DNA of 64,000 bases from Lachnospiraceae bacterium (GTDB lineage: Bacteria; Bacillota; Clostridia; Lachnospirales; Lachnospiraceae), in NCBI GenBank assembly GCA_028724245.1, contig JAQYDI010000161.1:12839-76838 (forward strand). The letters run 5' to 3'. Under the pieces are notes generated by a model. That model worked only from the letters and a program-made list of their open reading frames with translations. It was not told the origin of the DNA and did not search any database. Below are positions 19,957-29,008 of the stretch, in pieces. Position numbers and translations under genes: made by a program. The first letter of the stretch is position 1; the number at the start of each line of letters is the position of its first letter.

Positions 19957-21177
19957 CTACAGACAATTTTTCAGGCATGATTCAAGAATATCCACCATCT
20001 GATCCACATGCTCTCTGCCTGCAATGAGAGGAGGAATAAAGCGGATCGTGTTGGCACCGGCCGAAATCAGGATCAGACCGCTTTCAATGCATCTGGAAAC
20101 AATGGGACCCACCGGAACGGAAAATTCCAGTCCCTGCATAAATCCGATACCTCTGTGATCAACGATCTCATCATGCGCCTTTGCCACAGCTTCCAGCTTC
20201 TCATACAGATATCTGCCGGTCTCACGTACATTGTCAAGGATATGCTCTTCTTCAAATATATCAAAAACTGCATTGGCTGCCGCACCCACAAGAGGATTGC
20301 CTCCATATGTGCTGCCATGATCTCCTGCCACCAGAGAAGCAGCCTTTTCCTTCACCAGAAATGCACCCACAGGAAGTCCGCATCCCAGCGCCTTTGCCAC
20401 TGTCATGACATCCGGATCCACGCCGTAGTGCTGGCAGGCAAACATCTCACCGGTTCTGCCCATACCGCACTGAATTTCATCAAAAATCAGCAGAATATCC
20501 TTCTCATCGCACAGCGCACGCAGCCCTTTCAGGAATTCTTCCGATGCAGGGTAAATACCGCCTTCTCCCTGTACAGGCTCCAGAATAACAGCACAGGTTC
20601 TGTCGGTCACCAGTTTCTTTACACTGTCCAGATCATTGTAATCGGCAAATTTCACACCGCCGATCAGAGGCTTAAACGCTTCCTGATAATGGGGATTGCC
20701 CGTAACGGAAAGAGCGCCCATACTTCTGCCGTGGAATGAATGGTTCATGGCTATGATCTCATGATCTGTTCTTCCGTCTTTATTGAATGCATACTTTCTC
20801 GCTGTTTTGATAGCGCCTTCGATGGCTTCCGTACCGCTGTTGGTGAAAAATACCCGATCCATATGAGCTGCTTTTGTCAGCTTCTGCGCAGCAGCAATGG
20901 AAGGAAAATTATAATAATAATTGGAGGTATGGACCAGCTTATCCACCTGATCTTTCACTGCAGCATTGAACTTTTCATTTTTATATCCCAGTGCAAAAAC
21001 AGCAATACCGGCGCAGAAATCCAGATATTTTTTCCCTTCCGAATCATACAGATACATACCCTCGCCTTTTTCCAGAATGATCTGGTAACGGTTATAGGTA
21101 TGAAGAAGTACCTCTTCCGCACAGGCAATTGCTTCCTCTCTGGGCATTGCTTTCAGCTTTTCGATTTCATTACTCAT
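19957..21177 (-). CDS. argD: Acetylornithine aminotransferase
   Basis: [39 protein letters not shown]; follows argB. Confidence 0.93.
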   Translation of the reverse strand: MSNEIEKLKAMPREEAIACAEEVLLHTYNRYQIILEKGEGMYLYDSEGKKYLDFCAGIAVFALGYKNEKFNAAVKDQVDKLVHTSNYYYNFPSIAAAQKLTKAAHMDRVFFTNSGTEAIEGAIKTARKYAFNKDGRTDHEIIAMNHSFHGRSMGALSVTGNPHYQEAFKPLIGGVKFADYNDLDSVKKLVTDRTCAVILEPVQGEGGIYPASEEFLKGLRALCDEKDILLIFDEIQCGMGRTGEMFACQHYGVDPDVMTVAKALGCGLPVGAFLVKEKAASLVAGDHGSTYGGNPLVGAAANAVFDIFEEEHILDNVRETGRYLYEKLEAVAKAHDEIVDHRGIGFMQGLEFSVPVGPIVSRCIESGLILISAGANTIRFIPPLIAGREHVDQMVDILESCLKNCL

Positions 21178-22084
21178 GATAGTATTTTTCCTCCTTATGA
21201 TTCAGAATTGCAGTACCGATACCTCTGTTGGTAAAGATTTCCAGAAGCAGGCAGTGGGGAATTCTGCCGTCCAGAATATGTACCCGTGAAACGCCGTCTT
21301 TCAGAGCTTCGATGCAGTTGCCAAGCTTCGGAATCATGCCGCCGCCCACAAAGCCTTCTGCGATAAACCGTTCTGCTTCCTCCAGCTCCAGTTCGGAGAT
21401 CAGTGTGGATTTATCATTAAAATCTCTGTAGACGCCTTCGATATCCGATAAAAATGCCAGTTTTTCCGCCTTTACCGCCTTGGCAATGGCACAGGCCGCA
21501 TCATCTGCGTTGATATTATAGGTATCATAATTGTCATCATAGCCGATGGGGCAGACAACAGGAAGGAAATCCTTCTCCAGCAGATCATACAGGATCTTGG
21601 GATCCACCGCATCGATTTCTCCTACATAACCGATATCCTGTCCATCGGAATAACGTTTCTGAACATGAAGCAGCCCGCCGTCCTTACCGCTGATTCCGAC
21701 GCCCTTCACACCCAGCTGCTGAATCATCTGTACCAGACTTTTATTTACACGGTTCAGAACCATCTCTGCAATTTCCATGGTCGGCTCATCCGTTACGCGC
21801 AGCCCGTTGATAAAATGCGGTTCCATACCCGTTTTGGAAACCCATCTGCTGATTTCCTTACCGCCGCCATGCACAATGATCGGCTTGAATCCGACCAGTT
21901 TCAGCAGTACCACATCCGCGATCACACTGCGTTTCAGCTCTTCATCCACCATGGCGCTTCCGCCGTATTTTACCACAATGATTTTGCGGTTAAACCGCTG
22001 TATATAAGGAAGCGCTTCGATCAGCACCTCTGCCTTTTTCATAATTTCATCCATTGACTCATCTTTTAATTTACCGTCTGTCAT
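21170..22084 (-). CDS. argB: Acetylglutamate kinase
   Basis: [31 protein letters not shown]. Confidence 0.96.
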   Translation of the reverse strand: MTDGKLKDESMDEIMKKAEVLIEALPYIQRFNRKIIVVKYGGSAMVDEELKRSVIADVVLLKLVGFKPIIVHGGGKEISRWVSKTGMEPHFINGLRVTDEPTMEIAEMVLNRVNKSLVQMIQQLGVKGVGISGKDGGLLHVQKRYSDGQDIGYVGEIDAVDPKILYDLLEKDFLPVVCPIGYDDNYDTYNINADDAACAIAKAVKAEKLAFLSDIEGVYRDFNDKSTLISELELEEAERFIAEGFVGGGMIPKLGNCIEALKDGVSRVHILDGRIPHCLLLEIFTNRGIGTAILNHKEEKYYHE

Positions 22085-22127
22085 GAATCCATACTCCTTT
22101 CCCTCTTCTAATTTATATCCTGTTATC

Positions 22128-23168
22128 CTACGGAAACATGGGAACCTGTTTCAGACCCATGTCCTCCGGCAGACCGAACAGCAGGTTCATATTCTGAACC
22201 GCCTGACCTGCCGCACCTTTGACCAGATTGTCCATGGCACCCATCATCACCACGCGGCCGGTCCGTTCATCCACTACAAAATTCACATCCACGTAATTGC
22301 TGCCTTCCACAAAACGTGTCTGGGGAACCATACCCTCCGGCAGTACACGGACAAACTTTTCGTTTTTATAATACTTGTCATAGGCGCTGCGGATATCAGC
22401 TGCTGTCACACCGGGCATGAGAGAAGCATATTCTGTTGCCAGAATTCCCCGCTGCATGGGCACAAGATGAGGTGTGAAATTAATCATGATCTTTCTTCCG
22501 CATGCATAGCCCAGCTGCTCTTCGATTTCCGGTGTATGTCTATGTGTTGTCACGCCGTAGGCCTTCATATTTTCATTCACTTCACAGAACAGATTATCCA
22601 CTTTGGCACCGCGCCCTGCTCCGGAAGTACCCGATTTGGCATCGATGATCAGTGTATCCGGATCGATCAGTCCCTCCTTCACCAGAGGATATGCGGTCAG
22701 AATGGAACATGTTGTATAGCAGCCCGGATTGGCTACCAGTCTTGCTCCTTTTACCTGCTCTCTGTTGATCTCACACAGGCCGTATACTGCTTCCGGAATG
22801 AACTGAGGACTCTTATGCTGTATTTTATACCATTTCTCATACACGTCCACATCCTTCAAACGAAAATCAGCGCTTAAATCTACAATTTTCACTTTTGATA
22901 AAATCTCTTCATTCACAAGGGATGCGCACAGCCCCTGAGGAGTTGCCGTAAAGATCACATCTACCTTTTGGGCAAGCTCTGCCATATTGTCATCCAGACA
23001 GTCTGCATCTATAATTTCAAACATATTGGGGTAGACGCTGTAATATTTTTTATCCACATAACTTCTGGAACCGTACCAGACCACCTCTGCTTCTTCGTGC
23101 TGATACAGCAATCTGACCAGTTCTGCTCCAGCATAACCAGTGGAACCGATAATACCTGCTTTAATCAT
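22128..23168 (-). CDS. argC: N-acetyl-gamma-glutamyl-phosphate reductase
   Basis: [38 protein letters not shown]. Confidence 0.96.
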   Translation of the reverse strand: MIKAGIIGSTGYAGAELVRLLYQHEEAEVVWYGSRSYVDKKYYSVYPNMFEIIDADCLDDNMAELAQKVDVIFTATPQGLCASLVNEEILSKVKIVDLSADFRLKDVDVYEKWYKIQHKSPQFIPEAVYGLCEINREQVKGARLVANPGCYTTCSILTAYPLVKEGLIDPDTLIIDAKSGTSGAGRGAKVDNLFCEVNENMKAYGVTTHRHTPEIEEQLGYACGRKIMINFTPHLVPMQRGILATEYASLMPGVTAADIRSAYDKYYKNEKFVRVLPEGMVPQTRFVEGSNYVDVNFVVDERTGRVVMMGAMDNLVKGAAGQAVQNMNLLFGLPEDMGLKQVPMFP

Positions 23169-23232
23169 AATGTTCACCGCCGCCGGTCTGTACCGGCAGA
23201 CATCTCCTTCCTGATTCCATAATAAAATTAAT

Positions 23233-23273
23233 GTAACTGTTCAGAGCCAACCTCTCTTGCCTGGCTCTGGACA
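23233..23273. mobile_element. Degenerate MITE remnant (subfamily A)
   Basis: GTAACTGTTCAGAGCCAACCTC is the reverse complement of the end of the 56241-56385 element; followed by a decayed inverted end TGGCTCTGGACA. Confidence 0.7.
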
Positions 23274-23324
23274 ACAGCAAATTTCTCCTGCAGTAAGCTT
23301 TTTCCCCGCTGTTCCGGCTGAGAT

Positions 23325-23352
23325 AAAAAAGAATCCCGTTCCACGAGATTCT
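23325..23352 (-). terminator. Intrinsic terminator inside the argC leader
   Basis: AGAATCTCG-TGGAA-CGGGATTCT followed by TTTTT on the minus strand. Confidence 0.55.
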
Positions 23353-23403
23353 CTGCCTGCCGTAATGACAGTGAGTTTTCAGTAATTGCATCCTGCGGGA
23401 GCG

Positions 23404-23438
23404 AGAATAATTATACATTGTTTTTGTATATTATGCAA
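23404..23438 (-). promoter_or_regulatory. argC promoter overlapped by an ARG-box-like operator
   Basis: TTGCAT-17 nt-TATAAT (23438-23410); TGTATAATTATTCT (23417-23404) resembles the ArgR box TGAAT-N4-ATTCA. Confidence 0.65.
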
Positions 23439-23479
23439 TTATTTTTCAGGAAAATATACCCTTAGATGGAAATTTTCCC

Positions 23480-23575
23480 TTGCAAATCATACCACTTTGT
23501 TGTATATTAATCAAGTAATTCTTCAAGAAGAGACACGATGAGCAACAGATTCCGGTTTTATTGTATTTTTATACC
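23480..23575 (+). promoter_or_regulatory. argG promoter and downstream ARG-box-like site
   Basis: TTGCAA-17 nt-TATATT (23480-23508); TGTATTTTTATACC at 23562-23575. Confidence 0.55.
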
Positions 23576-23691
23576 TTTTGTAATTGTTCACTTTCAGACA
23601 GATTTCTGCAGAAAACAGAACCTGCAATAGAAGGTATGGCATATACATGAAAGCGGAAATCTTAATTATAACCAGAAAAGGGGTTCCTAAT

Positions 23692-24909
23692 ATGAAAGAC
23701 AAAGTTATACTTGCGTATTCAGGCGGACTTGATACCACAGCGATCATCCCCTGGTTAAAAGAAAACTATGATTATGATGTAGTATGCTGCTGTATCGACG
23801 TTGGTCAGGGCAATGAACTGGACGGCCTGGAAGAAAGAGCCAAAGTCAGCGGAGCAATTAAACTCTATATCGAAGATGTTGTTGATGAATTCTGCGATGA
23901 TTATGTCGTTCCCTGTGTTCAGGCCAATGCGATCTACGAGAACAAATACCTGATGGGTACTGCCATGGCAAGACCCGTCATCGCCAAGAAGCTGGTGGAA
24001 ATTGCCCGCAAGGAAGGTGCTGTTGCCATCTGCCACGGCGCAACCGGTAAGGGCAACGATCAGGTACGTTTCGAGCTGGGCATCAAAGCTCTTGCTCCCG
24101 ATCTGAAGATCATTGCTCCCTGGAGAACCTGGAAGATTTCATCCCGTGACGAAGAAATCAAATACTGTGAAGATCATGACATCTATCTTCCTTTCTCTGC
24201 TGACAACAGCTACAGCCGTGACAGAAACCTGTGGCATATCAGCCATGAAGGTCTGGAACTGGAAGATCCTGCCAGCGCTCCCAACTATGACCATCTGCTG
24301 GTACTGGGCGTAACTCCCGAGAAAGCTCCCGATGAACCGGAAGAACTGACCATTGATTTCGAAAAGGGCGTTCCCACAGCCATCAACGGTGAAAGAATGA
24401 AGGTTTCCGATATCATCAGAAAGCTCAATGAACTGGGCGGCAAGCACGGCATCGGCATTGTTGATATCGTTGAGAACCGTATCGTAGGTATGAAGTCCCG
24501 CGGCGTTTATGAGACCCCCGGCGGAACCATCCTGATGGAAGCACACCAGCAGCTGGAAGAACTGATTCTTGACAAGGATACTACCATTGCCAAGAGACAG
24601 ATCGCTGTTCAGTATGCAGATCAGGTTTACAGCGGCAAATGGTTTACACCTTTACGCGAAGCACTGCAGGCATTTATTGAAAGCACACAGGAATACGTAA
24701 CAGGTACCGTAAAGATGAAACTGTACAAGGGCAACATCATCAAGCAGGGTACCACATCACCCTACTCCCTGTACAATGAATCGCTCGCATCTTTCACAAC
24801 CGGTGATTTATATGATCATCACGATGCAGAAGGCTTCATCACACTGTACGGCCTCTCATCCAAAGTACGTGCCATGAAGATGCAGGAAGTCAAAAAAAAT
24901 AATAAATAA
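23692..24909 (+). CDS. argG: Argininosuccinate synthase
   Basis: LAYSGGLDT, HGATGKGNDQVRFE, SRDRNLWH, KSRGVYETPGG; start set at MKDKVIL. Confidence 0.97.
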   Translation: MKDKVILAYSGGLDTTAIIPWLKENYDYDVVCCCIDVGQGNELDGLEERAKVSGAIKLYIEDVVDEFCDDYVVPCVQANAIYENKYLMGTAMARPVIAKKLVEIARKEGAVAICHGATGKGNDQVRFELGIKALAPDLKIIAPWRTWKISSRDEEIKYCEDHDIYLPFSADNSYSRDRNLWHISHEGLELEDPASAPNYDHLLVLGVTPEKAPDEPEELTIDFEKGVPTAINGERMKVSDIIRKLNELGGKHGIGIVDIVENRIVGMKSRGVYETPGGTILMEAHQQLEELILDKDTTIAKRQIAVQYADQVYSGKWFTPLREALQAFIESTQEYVTGTVKMKLYKGNIIKQGTTSPYSLYNESLASFTTGDLYDHHDAEGFITLYGLSSKVRAMKMQEVKKNNK

Positions 24910-25031
24910 TACATATTTTCTTTAGAATTGCAGGGTATATCTACTGTACATTCTGTGCTATAATATGGAATCGGCAAATGCTGATTCCATATTTTTTTAC
25001 GGGATACATTTCTCGACAGAAGGAGGATCAA

Positions 25032-25841
25032 ATGGAAGAATTATATGTTATCGGTACGGGCAATGCCATGGTGACCTCTTGCTATAACACCTGCTTTGCC
25101 CTCCGCAAAGGAGACGAGTATTTTCTGGTCGACTGCGGCGGCGGCAATACCATTTTAAAAAAGCTGCATAATATGCAGATTTCCATTGAGAATATTCATC
25201 ATATTTTCATGACACATGAGCACTGCGACCATACGCTGGGGTTTGTCTGGCTTTTCAGACTTCTGGCATCCAATATGAAGGCCGGCAATCTGACCGAGCC
25301 TGTTTATATCTACGCCCATGAAGAACTGGTTCCCACTCTGGAAACCCTGTGCCGCCTGACGGTGCAGAAAAAGTTCTGCGATTATATTGGAAAACAGATT
25401 TTCTTTGTCCCGCTGAAAAACGGTGACACAAAGGATATTCTCGGTCTGCAGGTTACCTTTTTTGATATTGAATCCACCAAGGCAAAACAGTTTGGTTTCA
25501 CCACCGTACTGAGCAACGGAAAAAAACTGGCCTTCACCGGTGACGAACCGTACCATGACTGCTGCTATGAATATGTCAAAGACAGTGACTGGCTGCTCCA
25601 TGAAGCATTCTGCATGTATGAAGACGAAGCCCGCTTCAAACCCTATGAAAAACATCACAGCACGGTAAAGGATGCCTGCCAGCTGGCAGAAAAGCTCCAT
25701 ATCAAAAATATGGTGCTCTGGCATACAGAAGACAAAACAGATATCACGACACGAAAAGGACGCTATCTGGCAGAAGGGGAACTGAACTACTCCGGCAATC
25801 TTTACGTACCGGACGATGAAGAACGGATCCTGCTGCAGTAG
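25032..25841 (+). CDS. MBL-fold metallo-hydrolase, RNase Z/BN-like
   Basis: VIGTG, VDCG, THEHCDH, FTGD, LLHEA, HHST, LWH; AGGAGG RBS; extended -10 TGCTATAAT at 24956-24964. Confidence 0.85.
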   Translation: MEELYVIGTGNAMVTSCYNTCFALRKGDEYFLVDCGGGNTILKKLHNMQISIENIHHIFMTHEHCDHTLGFVWLFRLLASNMKAGNLTEPVYIYAHEELVPTLETLCRLTVQKKFCDYIGKQIFFVPLKNGDTKDILGLQVTFFDIESTKAKQFGFTTVLSNGKKLAFTGDEPYHDCCYEYVKDSDWLLHEAFCMYEDEARFKPYEKHHSTVKDACQLAEKLHIKNMVLWHTEDKTDITTRKGRYLAEGELNYSGNLYVPDDEERILLQ

Positions 25842-25973
25842 CGGTAACTGCTGCAGCAACAGCAGCTTTCCTACAGTAACAGACATTTGCAGCTGCAGCA
25901 ACTTTCCCGGCAACAGCAGCATTCTGCTCCGACTGCAGCTGCATAACAAAATCCGTACAGAAAGGAACCTGAC

Positions 25974-26153
25974 ATGAAAGTACTTCCCAACGATCCTGTA
26001 ATTCTGCTCAGCACAGTGAATATGAAGCTTCGCGATTTCTATCCGTCACTGGATGCACTCTGCGAAGATCTGGAAGAAGATAAACAGGAAATCATCAAAA
26101 AACTGTCCGCCATCGATTATGAATACGATGCCGATGCCAATCAGTTTGTGTAA
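25974..26153 (+). CDS. DUF4250 family small protein (59 aa, below the ORF-track cut-off)
   Basis: Manual translation MKVLPNDPVILLSTVNMKLRDFYPSLDALCEDLEEDKQEIIKKLSAIDYEYDADANQFV; AAAGGA RBS. Confidence 0.85.
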   Translation: MKVLPNDPVILLSTVNMKLRDFYPSLDALCEDLEEDKQEIIKKLSAIDYEYDADANQFV

Positions 26154-26180
26154 TTTTCGAGGTTGGCTCTGAACAGTTAC
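26154..26180. mobile_element. Solo MITE end (subfamily A)
   Basis: 27 bp TTTTCGAGGTTGGCTCTGAACAGTTAC identical to 56359-56385. Confidence 0.8.
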
Positions 26181-26197
26181 GTAAATTCAAAACCAAC

Positions 26198-26262
26198 AGG
26201 CCCATCCGTTCCTGTCAGTTCCCTCTGTCATCATGAGAGTTCTGATATTCCCGGATGGGCCT
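26198..26262. terminator. Inverted repeat between convergent DUF4250 and telA
   Basis: AGGCCCATCCG ... CGGATGGGCCT, 11-bp perfect stem with a long loop. Confidence 0.5.
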
Positions 26263-26309
26263 TCTGTATTATATTCAAAAATCCGTATCGTTCATATAAA
26301 ATTCATCCA

Positions 26310-27425
26310 TCAGCGTGAAATCTCCAGCAGTTTTGCTTTCAGTTCCGTTTCAATCTGCTGCATCTGCCCTTCTGCTTCCATACGTTTTTCGTGTCCTTCC
26401 TTCTGAATCCGCATCACTTCATCAAGAGTGGAAATCAGCGATTCGTTGGTCTGCTTCAATGTTTCCATATCAACAATTCCCCGTTCGGAAGCTTTGGCTG
26501 TTTCAATGCTGGCGGTTTTCAGTGCTTCCGCATTCTTACGGAGCAGCTCATTGGTCAGGTCTGTAGCTGCAGCCTGTGCTCTGGCCGCCTGATTGGAATG
26601 TTCCATTCCCAGCGCCAGCACCATCTGACTTTTCCAGAGCGGTACCGTATTCACGATCGTTGACTGGATCTTCTCAACCATCTGGGTATCGCTGCTCTGA
26701 ATCAGACGGATCTGAGGTGCCATCTGAAGAGAAATCATACGGGTCAATTCCAGATCATGCAGTTTTTTCTCAAACCGGTTGCACTGACTGTCCATATCCT
26801 TAACCGCCTGAGCATCCTCCTGCAAACCTGTACGCTGTGCCTTTTCCATCAGTGCAGGCAGGTCTTTCGTCCGCAGCTCATCCAGCTTTTTCTTTCCTGC
26901 CATAATATACAGAGTCAGTTCCCGGAAATATGTCGTATTCAGTTCATACATCTGATCCAGAACAGAGATATCTTTCATCAGTGTTACCTGATGTTCTTCC
27001 AGAGAATCACATATCTTCTGTACATTGGCAGATGCTTTGGTATAGCGGCTTTTCAATGCTTCCATGCGGTCCGTTGTTTTTCTGAATAATCCAAACAGGC
27101 CCTTCTTTTCTTCCGCTGCATCAAAATTCTTCAATTCAGCAATCACATCGGTCAGCATATCCCCGACTTCTCCCAGATCTTTCGTCTTTACATTATTCAG
27201 TGCAGTTTCCGAAAAATCAGTCAGCTTCTTCTGACATCCTACTCCGTATTCCAGAATTTCATTATTATCCATCACATCGATCTGAGAGGCATATGCATCG
27301 ACAGTTCTCAGCTCCTCTGCCGTAAAATTGCATTCCGCCATCAGCTGATCCAGTGTTTTTTCTTCCTCCAAGGCCGTACTGACTTCTGCATTCTGCCCGC
27401 TCTCCGATAACATATTCTGTTCCAT
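26310..27425 (-). CDS. telA: Toxic anion resistance protein TelA/YaaN
   Basis: ILEYGVGCQKKL, RFEKKLHDLELTR, QMAPQIRLIQ, NTVPLWK, ERGIVD. Confidence 0.92.
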   Translation of the reverse strand: MEQNMLSESGQNAEVSTALEEEKTLDQLMAECNFTAEELRTVDAYASQIDVMDNNEILEYGVGCQKKLTDFSETALNNVKTKDLGEVGDMLTDVIAELKNFDAAEEKKGLFGLFRKTTDRMEALKSRYTKASANVQKICDSLEEHQVTLMKDISVLDQMYELNTTYFRELTLYIMAGKKKLDELRTKDLPALMEKAQRTGLQEDAQAVKDMDSQCNRFEKKLHDLELTRMISLQMAPQIRLIQSSDTQMVEKIQSTIVNTVPLWKSQMVLALGMEHSNQAARAQAAATDLTNELLRKNAEALKTASIETAKASERGIVDMETLKQTNESLISTLDEVMRIQKEGHEKRMEAEGQMQQIETELKAKLLEISR

Positions 27426-27452
27426 TTTTTATCCTTTCCCGGCAACCTTACA

Positions 27453-28916
27453 TTACCGCAATACTTTTTCCTTTTCTCTTTCCCTGATCCGTTCCTTCAG
27501 ACTTCCTCCCAGCAGACCTTCCTGCGCCATCAGCGTCTGCATTACCGATATATCTGATGAAATGTCCACTGCTGTATCTTCAAAAAAGCTGTCCAGCAGG
27601 TTCTCAAAAGCCTTATTGATAGTGTCCAGAGTATTCTCTATCTCTTCTTTTGATTTCAGAATGTTGGGTCCCTGTATCTCCTGTCTGTCCAGTTCTTCAT
27701 ATGCTGCCAGCAGTTTTACTGTAGTCGGCAGGTAATATTTCATGAAACGGCGAAGTTCTTCCACCAGCTCGGGATGCTGTTCCACCCGGTTGAAAATCCG
27801 CTCGATTACCAGTTCCAGTCTGGATATTTTGGCTGAAATCTCTTCACCCGGTATTGCATCGTTGCTTTCCTTAATCTGTTTCAGATAAATCCGCCCTTCA
27901 GCGATCACTTCCTGAACCTCGGGAGAAAGTTCTGCTGATGCACCGGGAACACCTTCAGCTGATGCTGATACTGTCTCTTCCGCTTTCCGTCTCTTCTGCT
28001 CCTGCTTTCCGGTCTCCAGCTCACGGCGCTGAAACTCTTTCTGTGCTTCCAGATACTGGCTGTATGCCTGATTCGTTGCAATCAGACTTGATTCCTGCTG
28101 ATCGATATGTCCCTGACGGAACCACCCTTTATCAATCATCCTGTGCAGATCCTTCAGAAGCTTTTTATGTGTCATTCCCGCAGAATACTCCAGATCCTGC
28201 AGTTCACAGTATTCTTTATCCCCCAGAAAAGCCACATATTTTTTATAACGCCTGATCAGCCCCAGTTTTCTCCGGCCGCTGCCAGCCAGTAATCCGCCGC
28301 CGATGATAAACGGTACCATAATTCCCATAGCCAGCGGCATTCCGAAGGGAAGATTTCCTGAAAAAATCGTAGCGCCAACCAACAGCATGACAAACTCCGC
28401 AATACCGCATCCTGCCGCCGTAATTCCTCCGAATATCACAGACAGAATTCCGAATACCTGGGCAGAAGCCGGTGAAGCATAGCGTTCACTGTATGCCTGA
28501 AACGGATCCCGCTCCTTCTTCCGGACAATTCCCGTCTTCTCTCTCACATACTGATCCCATGTCCGGTCTCTGACATCTGCCTGTTTATGTGTTTCTGTCC
28601 TGTCAGTATACGTCCTGCTCTGACCGGAATACTGTTTCTGTCCGGAACGGTTCCTGCTGCTTCCTCCGCCATTATACCAGCTGCCCCCGCCATTATACCA
28701 CTCCCCGGCATGGCCATCGCCGTCCTCCCGGCCGGTTCTGCCGGAATCACTGCTTCCGCTGCCATCCAGTACCTGCTCAAACTGATCCAGTGCCTGATTC
28801 ACTGTCTTACCGATGGCATCATTCAAACGCGTAAAATCCTTTGAATCTATAGCAGACTGCACTGCATCTTTGATCTCGTCGCCCAGATGCGACCAGTCCT
28901 GATTACTCATCTTCAT
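27453..28916 (-). CDS. XpaC family (5-bromo-4-chloroindolyl phosphate hydrolysis) membrane protein
   Basis: RRFMKYYLPTTVKLLAAY...DISSDISVMQTLMAQEGL; two TM helices; upstream of telA as in xpaC-yaaN. Confidence 0.85.
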   Translation of the reverse strand: MKMSNQDWSHLGDEIKDAVQSAIDSKDFTRLNDAIGKTVNQALDQFEQVLDGSGSSDSGRTGREDGDGHAGEWYNGGGSWYNGGGSSRNRSGQKQYSGQSRTYTDRTETHKQADVRDRTWDQYVREKTGIVRKKERDPFQAYSERYASPASAQVFGILSVIFGGITAAGCGIAEFVMLLVGATIFSGNLPFGMPLAMGIMVPFIIGGGLLAGSGRRKLGLIRRYKKYVAFLGDKEYCELQDLEYSAGMTHKKLLKDLHRMIDKGWFRQGHIDQQESSLIATNQAYSQYLEAQKEFQRRELETGKQEQKRRKAEETVSASAEGVPGASAELSPEVQEVIAEGRIYLKQIKESNDAIPGEEISAKISRLELVIERIFNRVEQHPELVEELRRFMKYYLPTTVKLLAAYEELDRQEIQGPNILKSKEEIENTLDTINKAFENLLDSFFEDTAVDISSDISVMQTLMAQEGLLGGSLKERIREREKEKVLR

Positions 28917-29008
28917 CCTCCAAAATCAATATGTATGCGCAAGCACACTTAAAGATATTATATCTGAAAACATGAATAAAAACAACCTGCATCTCATATT
29001 GTTGCTGT

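Noticed and set aside
23161-23418. 85-aa ORF MYNYSRSRR... as an arginine-sensing leader peptide
   Set aside because: Its ATG lies inside the predicted promoter next to the -10 box, it has no RBS, and it runs through a MITE remnant.
23233-26180. Inward-facing identical MITE ends around argG-MBL-DUF4250 as a composite transposon or inversion
   Set aside because: The flanking 8-mers (AAATTAAT and GTAAATTC) do not match, the left end has its own decayed partner at 23262-23273, and the interval includes the argC promoter.
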